Source: Callorhinchus milii (taxonomy: Eukaryota). Taken from it: a stretch of 64,000 nt of DNA. The position numbers and the translations under genes are program-made. Below the pieces are notes generated by a model. That model was given only the letters and a program-made list of their open reading frames with translations. It did not search any database and had not been told where the DNA came from. The DNA lies in NCBI RefSeq assembly GCF_018977255.1, contig NW_024704742.1, positions 72,976,001 to 73,040,000 on the forward strand. Direction: 5' to 3'. Position 1 is the stretch's first letter; each line of letters opens with the position of its first letter. Shown here piece after piece: positions 48,350 through 60,800 of this stretch.

Positions 48350-48890
48350 GTCCTCTCCCCTCTCCCCCTCTCTCCTCTCCCTCCTCTCCCTCCTCTCTCC
48401 CTCTCCCTCCTCTCTCCCCCCTCTCTCTTGCCCTCTCCCTCCCTCTCCCTCCCTCTCTCCCTCCTCTCCCTCTCCCCCCTCTCTCTTACCCTCTCCCTCC
48501 TCTCTCCCCCCTCTCTCTTGCCCTCTTCCCTCTCTCTCTCTGTGTGTCCCCCTCCACACTCTCCCCCCCCTCTGCCTCCCCCCTCTTTGCCCCTCTCCCT
48601 CTCTCTCTCTCCCTCTCCCCCCTCTCTCTTTCCCTCTCCCCCCCTCTCTCTCTGTCCCCCTCCACACTCTTCCCCCCTCTCTACACCCCTCTCTGTGTCC
48701 CCCCCCTCTGCCCCCTCTCTCTGCCCCCCCTCCCTCTGCCCCCCCTCCCTCTGCCCCCCCCTCCCTCTGCCCCCCCCACTCTCTGCCCCCCCCCTCTCTG
48801 CCCCCCCTCTCTCTGCCCCCCCCCCCACTCTCTGCCCCCCCCTCCCCCTCTCTGCCCCCCCCCCCCTCCCCCACTCTCTGCCCCTCTTCT
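48350..48890. repeat. Polypyrimidine/polypurine low-complexity tract (CT-rich grading into CTCTGCCCCCC-like units)
   Basis: About 540 nt that is almost purely C/T on the plus strand. Confidence 0.95.
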
Positions 48891-49409
48891 AACCTCCGTT
48901 AAATTGTAATTTTGCTACTAAAAAAAATCCGGTCACAATATTAATGATGGACTTCACTTCCGCATCCCCGAGGCTCAGCGTGAGAGAGAGAGAGTGAGAG
49001 AGAGTGAGAGCTGCTCTGCAGCTTCTATAGGCCGCGAGTGGCGTCTGTGCCGAGCAGCCCGGGCTCCTCACCCGATCCCCTGAGTATGTGCCAACAGGGC
49101 TACAGATTGCCTGTCCCCGGCTACTCTGCCTATATCAAAGCGCTATATCAAATGCAAGGATTATTACTGCCTCTCTCTGCTCCTGTTTCTCTGCTGTTGG
49201 CTGTAGAGTAGCAGCTCTCCCCCCCCGCACACACCCCTCGCTCTCACTGTCACACTCGGGGGGGGGGAGGTTTCCGCTGCTTTTTAACTCTTTTACATTT
49301 TATTTATGTGCTTTAATTCATTGCCATCATCTCACCTGGTGCCCAGCAATGTACAGCCCGCGTTTCTGTTGTGTGGCTCTGGATTGTGGAGAAATCTGTG
49401 AGTGAGTGA

Positions 49410-49920
49410 GGAGCTCAGTGTTTAAGGGCATTAGCCTCAGCAAGTCCGAGACCTGGGTTGGATTCCCAGCCAGGGCAAATGTTGGGCAAGTTTCCTTACT
49501 CCACATGCCACTGTTGACCTGTAACTGGGAACTCGGTTGTTAGTCGATTAGCAGATTGCTTTCCGGGTGTAATAATCCCTTCAAAAATATCCATGTATTA
49601 GTAATAAATTGGTCATTTCAATCCATGACTGTTTGTGGGACGCTGCTGTGCGCAATTGGCTGCCACGCTTCGCCCACAAATATACAGTCAATTCACTTTA
49701 CTGTATATTCTGTAAATGTACGTCTACTTTGAGACATCTAGAAGATGTAATACGGCACTAAATCAAATGCAAGGATTATTATGAAGGATTATTATAGTGT
49801 CACCCACAAAATAATACAATCAGTCCACTTTACAGTATATTCTGTGAAGCGCTTTGAGAATGAGATATCTCAACAAAATTATAAGGCGCTATATCAAATA
49901 CAAGGATTATTATTATTATA
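49410..49920 (+). mobile_element. Long-form tRNA SINE plus a second SINE tail
   Basis: Head, central segment, Deu-like body and two tails. Confidence 0.85.
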
Positions 49921-49994
49921 ATATGGTGTATATGGGTGGGTACAAGTGGGGGACCAGACCAGGTTGGGAAATGGTCAGTCGCACCGGGATTTCT

Positions 49995-50690
49995 ATCCAA
50001 TACAAAATTAACTCATGCAGGGAGGAAGTCCCAAGGCGCTGGACAGTCAGGGATTTGGACCCGAGCGGGGGGGGTGGTTGGGATCAGGGAGGGTGGAGGA
50101 TAGGAGGGTGGCTGAAGGCACGGTCGAAGAGGGGGTTCTTGAGACGTGCCTTGAAGGAGGCAAGGGAAGGAGTGAGGTGAAGGGAATGTGGGATCGAGTT
50201 CCAAAGGGTGGGGGAAGAGAGGCTGAAAGCCCAACCTCTGATGGTGTGGCAGGCCAGGGGGCATGGGAGACATGGCAAAGGCCATAGCTTGCTGAGCGGA
50301 GGGAGCGGACAGGTTGATATGGGGTTAGTAGATAGAGGTAGGAAGGAGCAAGGCCATTGTTGGTGAGGATGAGGATTTTGAACTCTATCCTCTGTGGAAT
50401 GGGAAGCCAATGAAGCCTGGTGAGGGTGGTGGTGATAGGGTCACGGAAACTGGTGCCGGAGAGGATACAAGCTGCAGAGTTCTGGATGATCTGCAGCTTG
50501 TGGAGGGAAGAGTTGGACCAACAAGCAGGGAGTTGAAGTGAGAGGATTAACGGTGGATGAGGAAAGAGTGGTCAATGGTATTAAAGGCAACAGAGAGGTC
50601 AAGGAGGACGAGGAGACAGAGGGAGCCCTGGTCACAGATGGACAGAATGTTATTTGTCACCTTGACCAGGCCTGTTTCTATGCTGTTTCT
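49995..50690 (-). mobile_element. L2 fragments
   Basis: RAFSH/LWNSIP C-terminal remnant and an RT fragment. Confidence 0.85.
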
Positions 50691-51169
50691 ACAGCAGCTA
50701 TAAAACTATAAAGCTGTAGCTTGACCATGGTGCTTGCCTTGAAATTGAGGTTTGGCTGTCATGCTGACAGTTGTAGATCCTCTAATGGCTGAGGAAGCCC
50801 TCTACAAGCATAACAGCTGATGGCCAAAAGACTTGGCAGCCTTCAGCTATAAACCTGGACATATTGCCACTGAAAGCATCTATGAAAAACATTTATTTTG
50901 TTCTTGTTACTTTTGTGGTGAAAGAACAATGTAACAAGGGGGAGGCCTGCAACGTATATTTTATCATCAATGGTTGGATTATCTCCAACAATGTTGAGTA
51001 GTTGTGTTTAGATGTGAATAACTTGGAACAGCCCATTTTTATTAGTGGCAGTATTCAAATTAAATCATTACTAGATTTTTTTATTGTAATAACAAATAAT
51101 CCTGCAATTACTTATGGTTCCTTTACATCAATATTTCGAAGCATTTTTCATGTACATTAACTATGTGCT

Positions 51170-52342
51170 GATTGTGTGTTCAAGCCCCACATCAGTACAT
51201 TGAGCTCATTGTCTCGGCTGGCACAGTAACGCAATGATAGAGGATCGCTGCAGGTTATTAATGCTGTCCTTCCAATGAGATGTTTAAATGAGGTCCCACC
51301 TGTCTGTTCAGGTAGGTGTTAAAATCCCACCACACTGTTAGAAAAGAGAAGGGAGTTGACCTAACCGACAATCCTCCAGGTAGAATTGGTCATTTACTTC
51401 ATGGCTGTTTGTGGGGCGTCACTGTGTACAAATTGACTGCCATGTTCACCAACAAATACACCCACAACACTTTACAGTAAAATTATTGTGATGTGCTATG
51501 AAATGTTTTGACGACATGAAGAAGCACTTCATTGAATGCAAGAAATATTCTTAGTATAAGTTGTACACTGTGTATTTCTTACTTAAAAGATAGAAAATCG
51601 GTGATATTTAACTCCCACGTATTAGTCTACAGCTTTTATATTTGGTACATTTATAAATAACCACCTCATATTGAAACAATGTGTATATATGTGAGAGCCG
51701 GTACAATTGTGCAACTGTGTAAAATTTACCTAAAAAGAAGCAGTTTCCTACAGTCAAAGATGAATCATGATTTCTACTGTTTTGCGTAGGTGAAATTTGT
51801 TGGGAATGTTAATGGAAGCATGACTCATTTCTTTATTTTTGAATTGAGCCTAATTATTCTTTACAGGTGTCTGGCAACAAATATTTGGATTTATGAGAAG
51901 ATAAGGCCCATTCAAAGTGGGTCTAGTATAAATGCTGTGAATATTTGTTTGTATAAACCTTTAAAGCTGAATCCCATACCCATTAGAGAAGGAATCCAGC
52001 AAGAGTTTTTTTTCATTCTTAAATTTTTACAGTATAAGAAAATTAACTTCCCTTGTTGGAAGGCTGGGGGATATTGCTTCTATTCCACTCACGACCAAAC
52101 TGTGAAATGGCCTTTGGCCGCCAGCCTCCCTACAGAAGGAAATTTCTCCCGGGGTCCTGGCCAACAATTCCCCAAATAAAATTTGTCATTCACTTGATGG
52201 CTTTAAGTGGAACATTACTGTGTACAAATTAGCTGCCCCGTTTACCAACAGTCACTCCACTTTACCGTATATCCTGTGAAGCACTTGAGACATGCTCCTA
52301 ACATGAAAAGTGCTATACCAAATATAAGGATTTTTATTATTA
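51170..52342 (+). mobile_element. Two old Deu-type SINE remnants (51170-51545 and 52140-52342)
   Basis: ctgttcaggtaggtgttaaaatccca and gtcctggccaacaat cores. Confidence 0.65.
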
Positions 52343-53027
52343 CAGTAAAATGTTCATTACACTTCTGACCTGGGAAACTTATTCCTGATTTTCCTGAGGG
52401 GAGGGTGAATGGAACCCACAGGAATTGTTTATTTCCCTTGTGAAATAAAAGGCAATTAAGAATTTAAAGAGAATGCAGGGAACTACAAGAGTAATTGTAG
52501 AATTTAACGGAGAGAGTGCTGGAGAAAAAATAACAAGGAATGATTTTCAAGGAACCAGCCTATTGTGCCAGGCATATTGAAAATTATGCAGGATTTAGAA
52601 AGTTAAGATGCTAATATGTTTTTCTATCATGTACTAAAGATATTAAGGGGCAATGAAGGTGTTTGCCTTTTGGAGACCCCATGCAAAGGTTAAGTTTTGA
52701 GGCCCCCAAAGGCAAACACCAGGAAACTGAATTACTGGATCCACTCGGAGCTCCTGACTGGCTTGGGAAATAGTGAAAGGGTAGGGCATTGGGATTTAAA
52801 GGACTGACAAGGTCTAATAAACTGGTAAGACAGTCTTGATGGGCTGAATTGCCTCCTCCTGTTCCTGTTTTTCCATGTTGCGGGATTTCTCAGCATCAAA
52901 ATCTTGGGAATTAAATAATCGAATAGCTGATGTAACATTTTAATTATTACAATGAATAGTAATTTTAAGGAGCACAGGAGTTGTTTCAATAATCAGTGAT
53001 ACTGCTGTATTAGTATCCTACAAGCGT

Positions 53028-53209
53028 AAAAATACTAAGTAATTTTAAAAATGAAATGGTTCTTTAGATACAATAGTACAAGTTGTTACAAATGTTTCTA
53101 AATGGTGCAAAACTATACAACTTACCTAATGTATAGTATTGTACTATTTAGAAACATTTCTATCTCGTATCTAAATAACCAATTCATTTCCAAAATTGCT
53201 TAGTATTTT
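53028..53209. repeat. AT-rich ~180-nt palindrome (MITE-like) in nfkb1 intron 1
   Basis: aaaatactaagtaattttaaaaatgaaatggttctttagatac pairs with gtatctaaataaccaattcatttccaaaattgcttagtatttt; inner aaatgtttctaaatggtgcaaaactataca pairs with tgtatagtattgtactatttagaaacattt. Confidence 0.88.
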
Positions 53210-53649
53210 CATAAACCTGTTGGCATAATTCACATTTTTGTTAAAAACAGTAGTTTTTCTTTATTAATAAAGTAACTTTTTAAAAAAATATCTTTAAACA
53301 AGTTTTCTGAAGACCATGTACATGTTACTGTAAAATGCAGTGACCGTGTATTTGTGAGTGAACACTGCACAAAATGCACAACATACCACAACATAGCCAT
53401 TAAATGGTTGTTTTCTGTATGAAAACTAGTTATTTTTGAGACATCACTTTGTTTAGGAATTTAGGTCCCAATGCCTTATGATTCAGGTGGATGTTAAAGG
53501 TTTCCAACCTCTGCCACTATTTCAACCAAACCCGGAGTCTTAATCTTCCCTTGAATTCCACCACTTATTGAAATTTATTTATTGGACATCTCATTTACGT
53601 AACAATGTTCACTTGATTTCTAATTAATCTCATTCTATAAATATATATA

Positions 53650-53842
53650 TAACAACAACTTGGATTTATATAGCGCCCTTCACGCCGGACGGCGTCTCAG
53701 AGCGCTTCACAGTAATGAATCCCGGGGCCGAGCCATGGGGAGGGGGAAGAGGGTGACCAAAGGCGCAGTCAAAAAGAAAGGTCTTCAGAAGGGACCTGAA
53801 AGTAGGAAGAGAGGGAGAGAGGTGAAGGGAATGAGGAAGGAA
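53650..53842 (-). mobile_element. L2 3' end (second L2 family, same as the 16320-16519 tail)
   Basis: gagacgccgtccggcgtgaagggcgctatataaatccaag(ttg)n on the minus strand. Confidence 0.9.
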
Positions 53843-54929
53843 ATATATATAAATAATATATATATATATTCTATAAAGCATTGAGGGTTTTCTTTTATAT
53901 TATAGTTGTGGGGGCCCATTTATAGATACCATGGACTGATAGATTGTATATCAGAAGTGCAGTACACTCTGGTTTCTAGCAATGACTAGCAGTCCTGATG
54001 TCTAGTGGTGTCTCAGAAATAACTGGAAACACTCATAGGATTGATGGTGACAATGGCCTGACACATGGAAGTACTGACCAGAGGCTATTTTTATAACCTT
54101 ACTCATTTTAATAAAGGGCCTGTTTTTTTTAACGGATACACACCACTGCATTATAACAGGATCTGACTGTAGATAAACCTATGTTTTTATTGTTTGCAAA
54201 GTGAAACAGTCACTTCTTGAAACAGTTATTTCAAAACAAAAAATACGCTCACACTGAAAACACGTGAAACTATATTGTTAGGGATTCCCTCTTCATATTC
54301 TGTTACATTTATGTCCCAGCTTTTAATTGGGTTTTGCTTTCTAAACGTCCTCTACTTTTTAACCAGTTTTGTTCAAGTTTCATAGGGTAAGTCAGAGACT
54401 AACCAGTCACATTCCTCAATAACTTCTTCTTTTTGTTACCCGTTGGATTCATCTGCCGTCACTTGTTTTAAAAACTATCCTATGATAAATATGGTGGGGA
54501 TTGAGATCATGCCACCGGAGTGCTTGATACTTGAGGAGGAAACAAGGTTGTAACATAAGTTTCAAATGGACAGCTAAAAAACACTAATACAGGCTTTCCA
54601 TGCTGGGTAAATAGGGCAAGTTCTACAGAACCCGAGGCTCTGTGTAAAGGTCAGAGTGCTACCAACTGAGCCATACCAACACACACTATACAAGGATAAA
54701 TGTAGGCTTAGATGATCCAATACACTATTAAGTACAGTGGATCGATCCTCTGCTCCTGAGTCCATTGAAATCTAATCAGCAGATGGAACTGATCTGGGTT
54801 CAATGAAGGCTGAGGTGTTGGATCTGCAGGTAGTTTTCGTAAATTACCTTTTGATCAGGGAGAAGTTTTAAGGAGTTGTGTCTGTGCACTTTATCTGTGG
54901 CTAATCATCTCACTAAAGCGATTCAACAA

Positions 54930-55335
54930 GTGTATCAGGCTGATTCAGATGCTTGAACTCTTGCCTCAGAGTCAGAAGGTTGTGGATTCAAGCTATACCT
55001 CGGGACATTGAACTCACAGTTTATGCTGACACTCCAATCCAGTGCTGGGGATGTGCTGCATTGCTTGAGGTGCCATCTTTCAGATGATACATTAAACCAA
55101 GGTCCTGTTCAGGTGGATGTGTAAGATCTCATGGTACTGTTTGAAACGAGAAAGGAGTTTCTCCCAATTTCCTGGCACCGATTCCCCAAATAAAACTGGT
55201 CATTCGCTTCATGGTTATTTGTCGGGCATTGCTGTGTACAAATTGGCTGTTGCTTCACCTGCAAAGCACACGTTTGCCTAGAAAAATAGTCACTGCACTC
55301 TTCAGTACTGTATATACTGTGAAGAACTTTGGGAT
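54930..55335 (+). mobile_element. Deu/SacSINE1-like SINE
   Basis: Head plus ctgttcaggtggatgt..agatctcatgg core. Confidence 0.75.
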
Positions 55336-56231
55336 GACTTCCTTATTAAAGTCATTGTCATAGTAAAGGTTGTACAAGGTATGCTTAAGAATAGCATGCA
55401 GATGAGATGAATAGCCCTTTTTGTTTCAATGTTCTTGTGCTTCAATTTTCTTGTCCTTTGTTATAACAACAACAAAATTACATTTATAGAGCGCCTTTCA
55501 CATCGGGAGAACGTCCCAAGGTGCTGGACACTCAGGGGTCAGGATAAGACATGATAAGACGCTATGTCAAATGCAAGGATTATTATTATTATGGGGCTTG
55601 AACTCACAATCGTCTCACTCAGAGGTGAGAGTGCTACCAACTGAGCAAGACTGGCAACTGATGACCAGCACTTTTTTTTCTGTAAAATGTGTCTTGTTAT
55701 CTTACCACAAATTTAACCCTATTTAAAGTTACTTCTTTACACAAATTAAGTTCATGTTGGTAATTACCTTTACCAAAAGATCAACACAGATTCGACAACA
55801 AACTTTAACCACCAGTGTGTGGTTAGTGAATTTTTACACAGATATCCTGTGATTTTTACATTGTGTCGATTTATCGCCTATTACCCCTGGCCACTGAGAA
55901 GATTGATTCATTTTGGAAAATAAATCTCAAAACAAGTTAAACAATTCATAGTTTCGTTTGGTGGGCTGAATCATCCCAGAACAATGTTCTTATTCTCTCT
56001 GAACAAACTGACCAATTATTTGTTTCCATTAAAGCCTCTTTAGTCTACAATTACACTTAAAACTATAACTGTGTCTCTGAGTACCATTGGTCTGCCTCCA
56101 TATAGATAGTCATACCTTTCTGTTCATTTCATGAATCCAGTTCATCTGAGTTTCCTGATCCATTTTCCCCTTTCTCCACTCTCCCCAACTGCCCTGAGAT
56201 CTGTGACATATATTGGCACGACACAGTACCA

Positions 56232-56905
56232 GTGCCAGTCATCAGTTTCCAGCCTTGCTCAGTTGGTAGCACTCTCACCTATGAGTCAGACGATTGTGGG
56301 TTCAAGCCCCATAATAATAATAATAAGGGTGAAACCTTGGGCAAGTTTCCTTATTCTACACGCCTGATAATAATCCCTCAAGAAAAAAAACAATAACAAT
56401 TTGGTCACTCAATCCACGACTGTTTGTGGGACACTGCTGTGCGCAATTGACTGCCGTGTTTCGCCCACAAATATACAGTCAATTCACTTTACAGTAATTA
56501 TAATAATCCTTGCATTTGATATAGCATCTTGTCATGTCGTTGAGACGTCTCAAAGCACTTCACAGAATATACTGTAAAGTGAATTAGTTGAATATTTTAT
56601 GGGCTAAATGCGGCAGCCGTGGATTGTGTGACCAAATTTTTTTTTTCGGAAGGTTTATTTCTCAGAAAGTGGATCACCAATCGGGTTATTGCTTGCTGCT
56701 AGATAAACAGAGGCTTGTGGAGTAAGAAAACTTGCCTAAGGTTTCGCCCTACTCAGGAATTAAACCTGGGTCCTCACACTTGCGAGGCAAGAGCGCTAAC
56801 CAATACGCTACGGGACTCCATGTTGGGAATTTGAACCCATAGTCCAGCCTGACACATGAGTGCAGTCTGAGGGTTTGCTGCAATTTGTCAGAGGTGTCAT
56901 CCTTG
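56232..56905. mobile_element. SINE nest: Deu-SINE (+) > long-form tRNA SINE (-, 56311-56820) > short-form SINE (+, 56326-56495)
   Basis: The Deu-SINE head ends ttcaagcccca and resumes at about 56821. The inner copies interrupt the (taa)n tail. Confidence 0.8.
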
Positions 56906-57791
56906 TCTAAAGTCATTGTAACTGAGTTGCAATTAGCACATTTTTTGTTTGGGACCTCAAAGATGCTGAGCTATATCATGCCTTAAGACAACACAATGAA
57001 ACTAGAACGACAACAACAAAATTACATTTATAGAGCACTTTTCACGTCGTGAGAATGTCCCAACACGTATTCCTCATCTCTGTTTATACCTATACATTTA
57101 CATTAATGCTTTTGTTACTGGAAGCACTTCCTGGTAGTTTCTTTTTACAAGGAATATAATATCCTCTTCACAATTTCCACTCTGATCCTTTTCGATGCTT
57201 ATGAAAGGAATTATCACACCCTTTATTCTTTCTGTCAATAATATGTTTAGGTATGCAGTGGACAAAAGTAATGTTGTTTTTCATTTTTTAACATTGAATC
57301 TATTTGAGGAATGAGGAAGATGGCAATGAAGAGGCTGAGCGACTTCTATGAGCCAAATTGTAGTGGATAATTGTGTTTAATTTTACAGAAGAGGAGTACC
57401 TTTAGCACAATTTGACAACCTGACAACCACAGATGATTGGCTTTCAGTTGAGCGCCTTTCTTGGCGGGAAACAGCGGAGCTCAGAAGCTTCTCTATAAGA
57501 CCCTTTTTCGCCAGGCAGCCAAATTGGATGTTCTGTAGAATTCATATTTGCCTGGATGTGTGATAATTCAGGATATCCATTACTTAAAATTCTCGTCCAG
57601 TTTTTTCCAAAGATGTCATAAGTGGTAAATGATTCCAACCGTCCTTTGGATTAATTACCAAAGGCAAAGAGTTGTCAGTAAGTTGTATATGAAGAATAGT
57701 CACAATGCAATGTCTGTACTACAGCATTTTATGTAAAGAACATTGATTTTTAAACTAAATATTCTTTTCATTCCTTTCTTAGGTTAATAAA

Positions 57792-57821
57792 ATGGCTGAA
57801 GATGATACATACCAGCTTCGA
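57792..57821 (+). CDS. nfkb1: nfkb1 first coding exon (exon starts at 57783): MAEDDTYQLR
   Basis: Polypyrimidine tract ttttcattcctttcttag|g, ATGG, donor CGA|GTAAGT. Confidence 0.92.
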
Positions 57822-60800
57822 GTAAGTATTGGAGGTTTGGGGTGTGATTTAATTAAGGGCGATCTGATGGGATCAGATCACAGAAAAAATTCAGTAGCAG
57901 CAAGTGCATGGGCATCCATTAGTGGTGAAGCTTCGTTCCATTATACTGCTGAGCAGCTGTTATCTGTGTTGTTGCTGAGGGCAAACCAAGCAGAGCTCAG
58001 AAGCTTCTCCACAGGGATAAAAATGAAAATAATCAACTGCAGCATCATTCTTGAGATACAAACATAAGTGAATTGATCAATATTGTGTTCAAATCAGAAA
58101 TAAATTATAAAGATGTAAAAGCACTGAATGGAGATCTAGATAAAGGACTAACTGATGCATTAAAAATCCTCCATGGGAGGACCGTCTAACCTGCAGGACC
58201 ATTTTGTCTTAAAATGTAAGTTTTTTTAAAAAAAACTGCAGAAATTAAGATTAAATTGAGTATTTGCCACAAGTCTGAACCATCTTAGATTTTAAAATAA
58301 AATTGTCTTGCAGGCTAAGTTAGGTGGAATTTTGTGCTTCTATTGTCTCACTCACAGCTTTAAGCAGCAATTGAACTAGTTTGGTTACAGCTCATTTTGC
58401 TTGAACAGATTAAATTATTCCTGTTGAAATATTGGGAAAAATTAAGGGGTTGAAAATGTGTTTGTGATCTTATTGGTCAATTCAAGTAATCATTATAGCG
58501 GGCAGAATTAGGGATGGTAAGGTTGGAAAATTTGCTTAGCCAAGGTAAAAGAGGCAGCAATCCAGCAGAGTTTAACCGTTTGTCTGTAACTTGATAAATA
58601 TGTATATGAAAACAATGGTCACATTATTAGGCCATCAAACCAAATCTCGAAAAGAGATTAAGATAGCTTAATAAATCCTATTGCTGGTTAAGATGCACAT
58701 GCACTACAGAATACACCCATACACAATGAAGGATTCTTCCCACCCAGTCACAGTGCTGATACTCACAGCATCTCGGCTGCACTGGGATAGAAAAGACCCA
58801 TAATTATACCACAGATGGGGCACTCGCTTGTTCTAGAACATTGAACTTCAATGGATTTGATTAAACTTTCTCATCATATTGAAAATGCTTTTTTTTGCTA
58901 CTTTTCCTCCCTTTTCATTTGAAAAGCCTTCTGGCCAAATATGCCTAATTGGGCAAGAATCTTATGTAAAAATAAGAAAAAAAACTTAAGTAAGCATATT
59001 GTTAGATAGCGTATGCAAATCTAAAGATTATCTCAAATGCCTTATCTACGTACAAAATAGTGAATTTATTTCTGGTTTTGAAAGGATAACTTTGACAGCT
59101 GAAACAAGCTATAACTATAATTTCCTGCGCAATTGGATGTGGCTTCCACTTGCTGACTGTTTTCTGTCCTTCCTGTAGATGTTTAACATGGACAACTATT
59201 CTGCCGGCATGTTCAATAGTCCAATTGGCCCAACAGACCCTCCACTGCAGACGCGTAAGTATTCCCATTAAGAGATGTGTCAGTTAAAACAGTGTTCCAA
59301 GACACTATCTTGCACCAACGGTTTGATATAAATCCAGTAAAATGATACATAAATACATATAAATCATGTAAAGTGCTATATAAGTATAGTTGTTTGTGGT
59401 CCCCTTTTGTAACGCATTACAAAACTGAGAATTTGGAGTAACTTATATTTGGAGTGAGGAGGGTGTCAGGGTGTGAAGAATTCTAATTTACTTTATAAAT
59501 GTATATGGGGCAAAATCATTTGCATTCTATTCCAGTCTGAAGTTAGTCAGACAAGATCTACTCTTCCTAAAGTATGACTTTTAATTTGTTAGGTTATTTT
59601 CATAACCATTATCCAAATCGGTCTTTACCGTCAGACTGGGGCTTCTTGAAGACCAGGTGAAATCTCACCTCCTCTCAGGAAGGAAGCGTTCTTCATTGTT
59701 TCCCATACACATGCCACAATTTACAAAGGAAGCATAAAAGGGCATTGCTATCTGTGGTAATGTCCCTCTTTTGAAATTACTCTTTTCCTGAATTGCTCTT
59801 ACTGCTGAGGGAAGAGCAGGTTCTAGGCATTTGCCTCCAAATGCTCAGTTACCACACTTTGCATTATATTCTGTGAATTACTTTGCGATATCCTCCTGAT
59901 CTGAAATGCAATATATCAAATGCAAAGGTTCTTACTATTTCTTGGAAGTGGAGGAGAGTCAAAAGGGCATGAGGGTTTAAAAATGGGAAATGTACCTCAA
60001 AGTGTTCCTCGTATGTGTATAGACTTGGTTTTGTAGACTCAATGCAACAACAACAACAAACTTATATTTGTATAGCGTCTTTCAAGTTGGGAGGACGTCC
60101 CAAGGCGCTCGATAGACACAGTTTCGGACCCGAGCTGGATTGAAAGCACAGTTGAAGTGGAAGGTCTTGAGATGGGTCTTGAAGAAGGCAAAGGAGGGGA
60201 GAGGCAGAGGGACTGTGGGATGGAGTTCCAGAAGGCCCACCCGCCAATAGTGGGGCGAGTGAGGCGGGGGACGTAAAGCAGACCGGAGCCTGCCCAATAC
60301 ACTTAGGTGCTGTCTCTGAACTTACTGAAAAATAAGACTTCTACCCCCGCCTTATAAAATCATTTTCTCAAACCAGAAACCAGACAATAATTATCACCTA
60401 AAATTTTGGTTCCTTTTTACAAAGGGTTCAATATTCCATTAGATCTGTTACCAAATGTCATCCTTTTCATCTCACAGTTGTTTGCAATAGTAGTGTTTGT
60501 GACTGGGATATAGGAAGCATGTGACATTTCTGACATTTAGTTTATATTTTGAGAATTGCATTTTCTTTTGTGGTTTTCCTGCTTGCAGTTATTAACAGTA
60601 CAATGGTTGTAGATTTGTGCAACTATCTTTACTGTGAGAGAGGATTGAAATGTAATAAACAGATTTACGGCCAGCTCTGCTTGAAATTGTGAACAGAAAT
60701 TGTGTAAAGATTTCCACTGTGGGAGAAAAAAACAAATTGAGGGAGAGAGATTGGTGACTCAGTTTAGCTGCCCTTATTTTCTGTACTACGAAAGGAACTG

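Larger units (their letters stand above)
47700..49120 (+). promoter_or_regulatory. nfkb1: CpG island / probable nfkb1 promoter and non-coding exon 1 (candidate donor tct|gtgagt after 48293)
   Basis: The most strongly GC/CpG-rich segment of the window. It contains G-runs, GC-box-like motifs, a kappaB site, an ETS core (cacttccg near 48955) and splice donors upstream of the ATG exon. The TSS cannot be determined from sequence. Confidence 0.75.

Noticed and set aside
48018..48909. Long ORFs of 174-282 aa (Gly/Glu/Arg or Pro/Leu/Ser rich)
   Set aside because: They are artefacts of a stop-poor low-complexity tract.
57822..58067. Remainder of the 91-aa ORF after MAEDDTYQLR
   Set aside because: It is intron read-through past a consensus GTAAGT donor.
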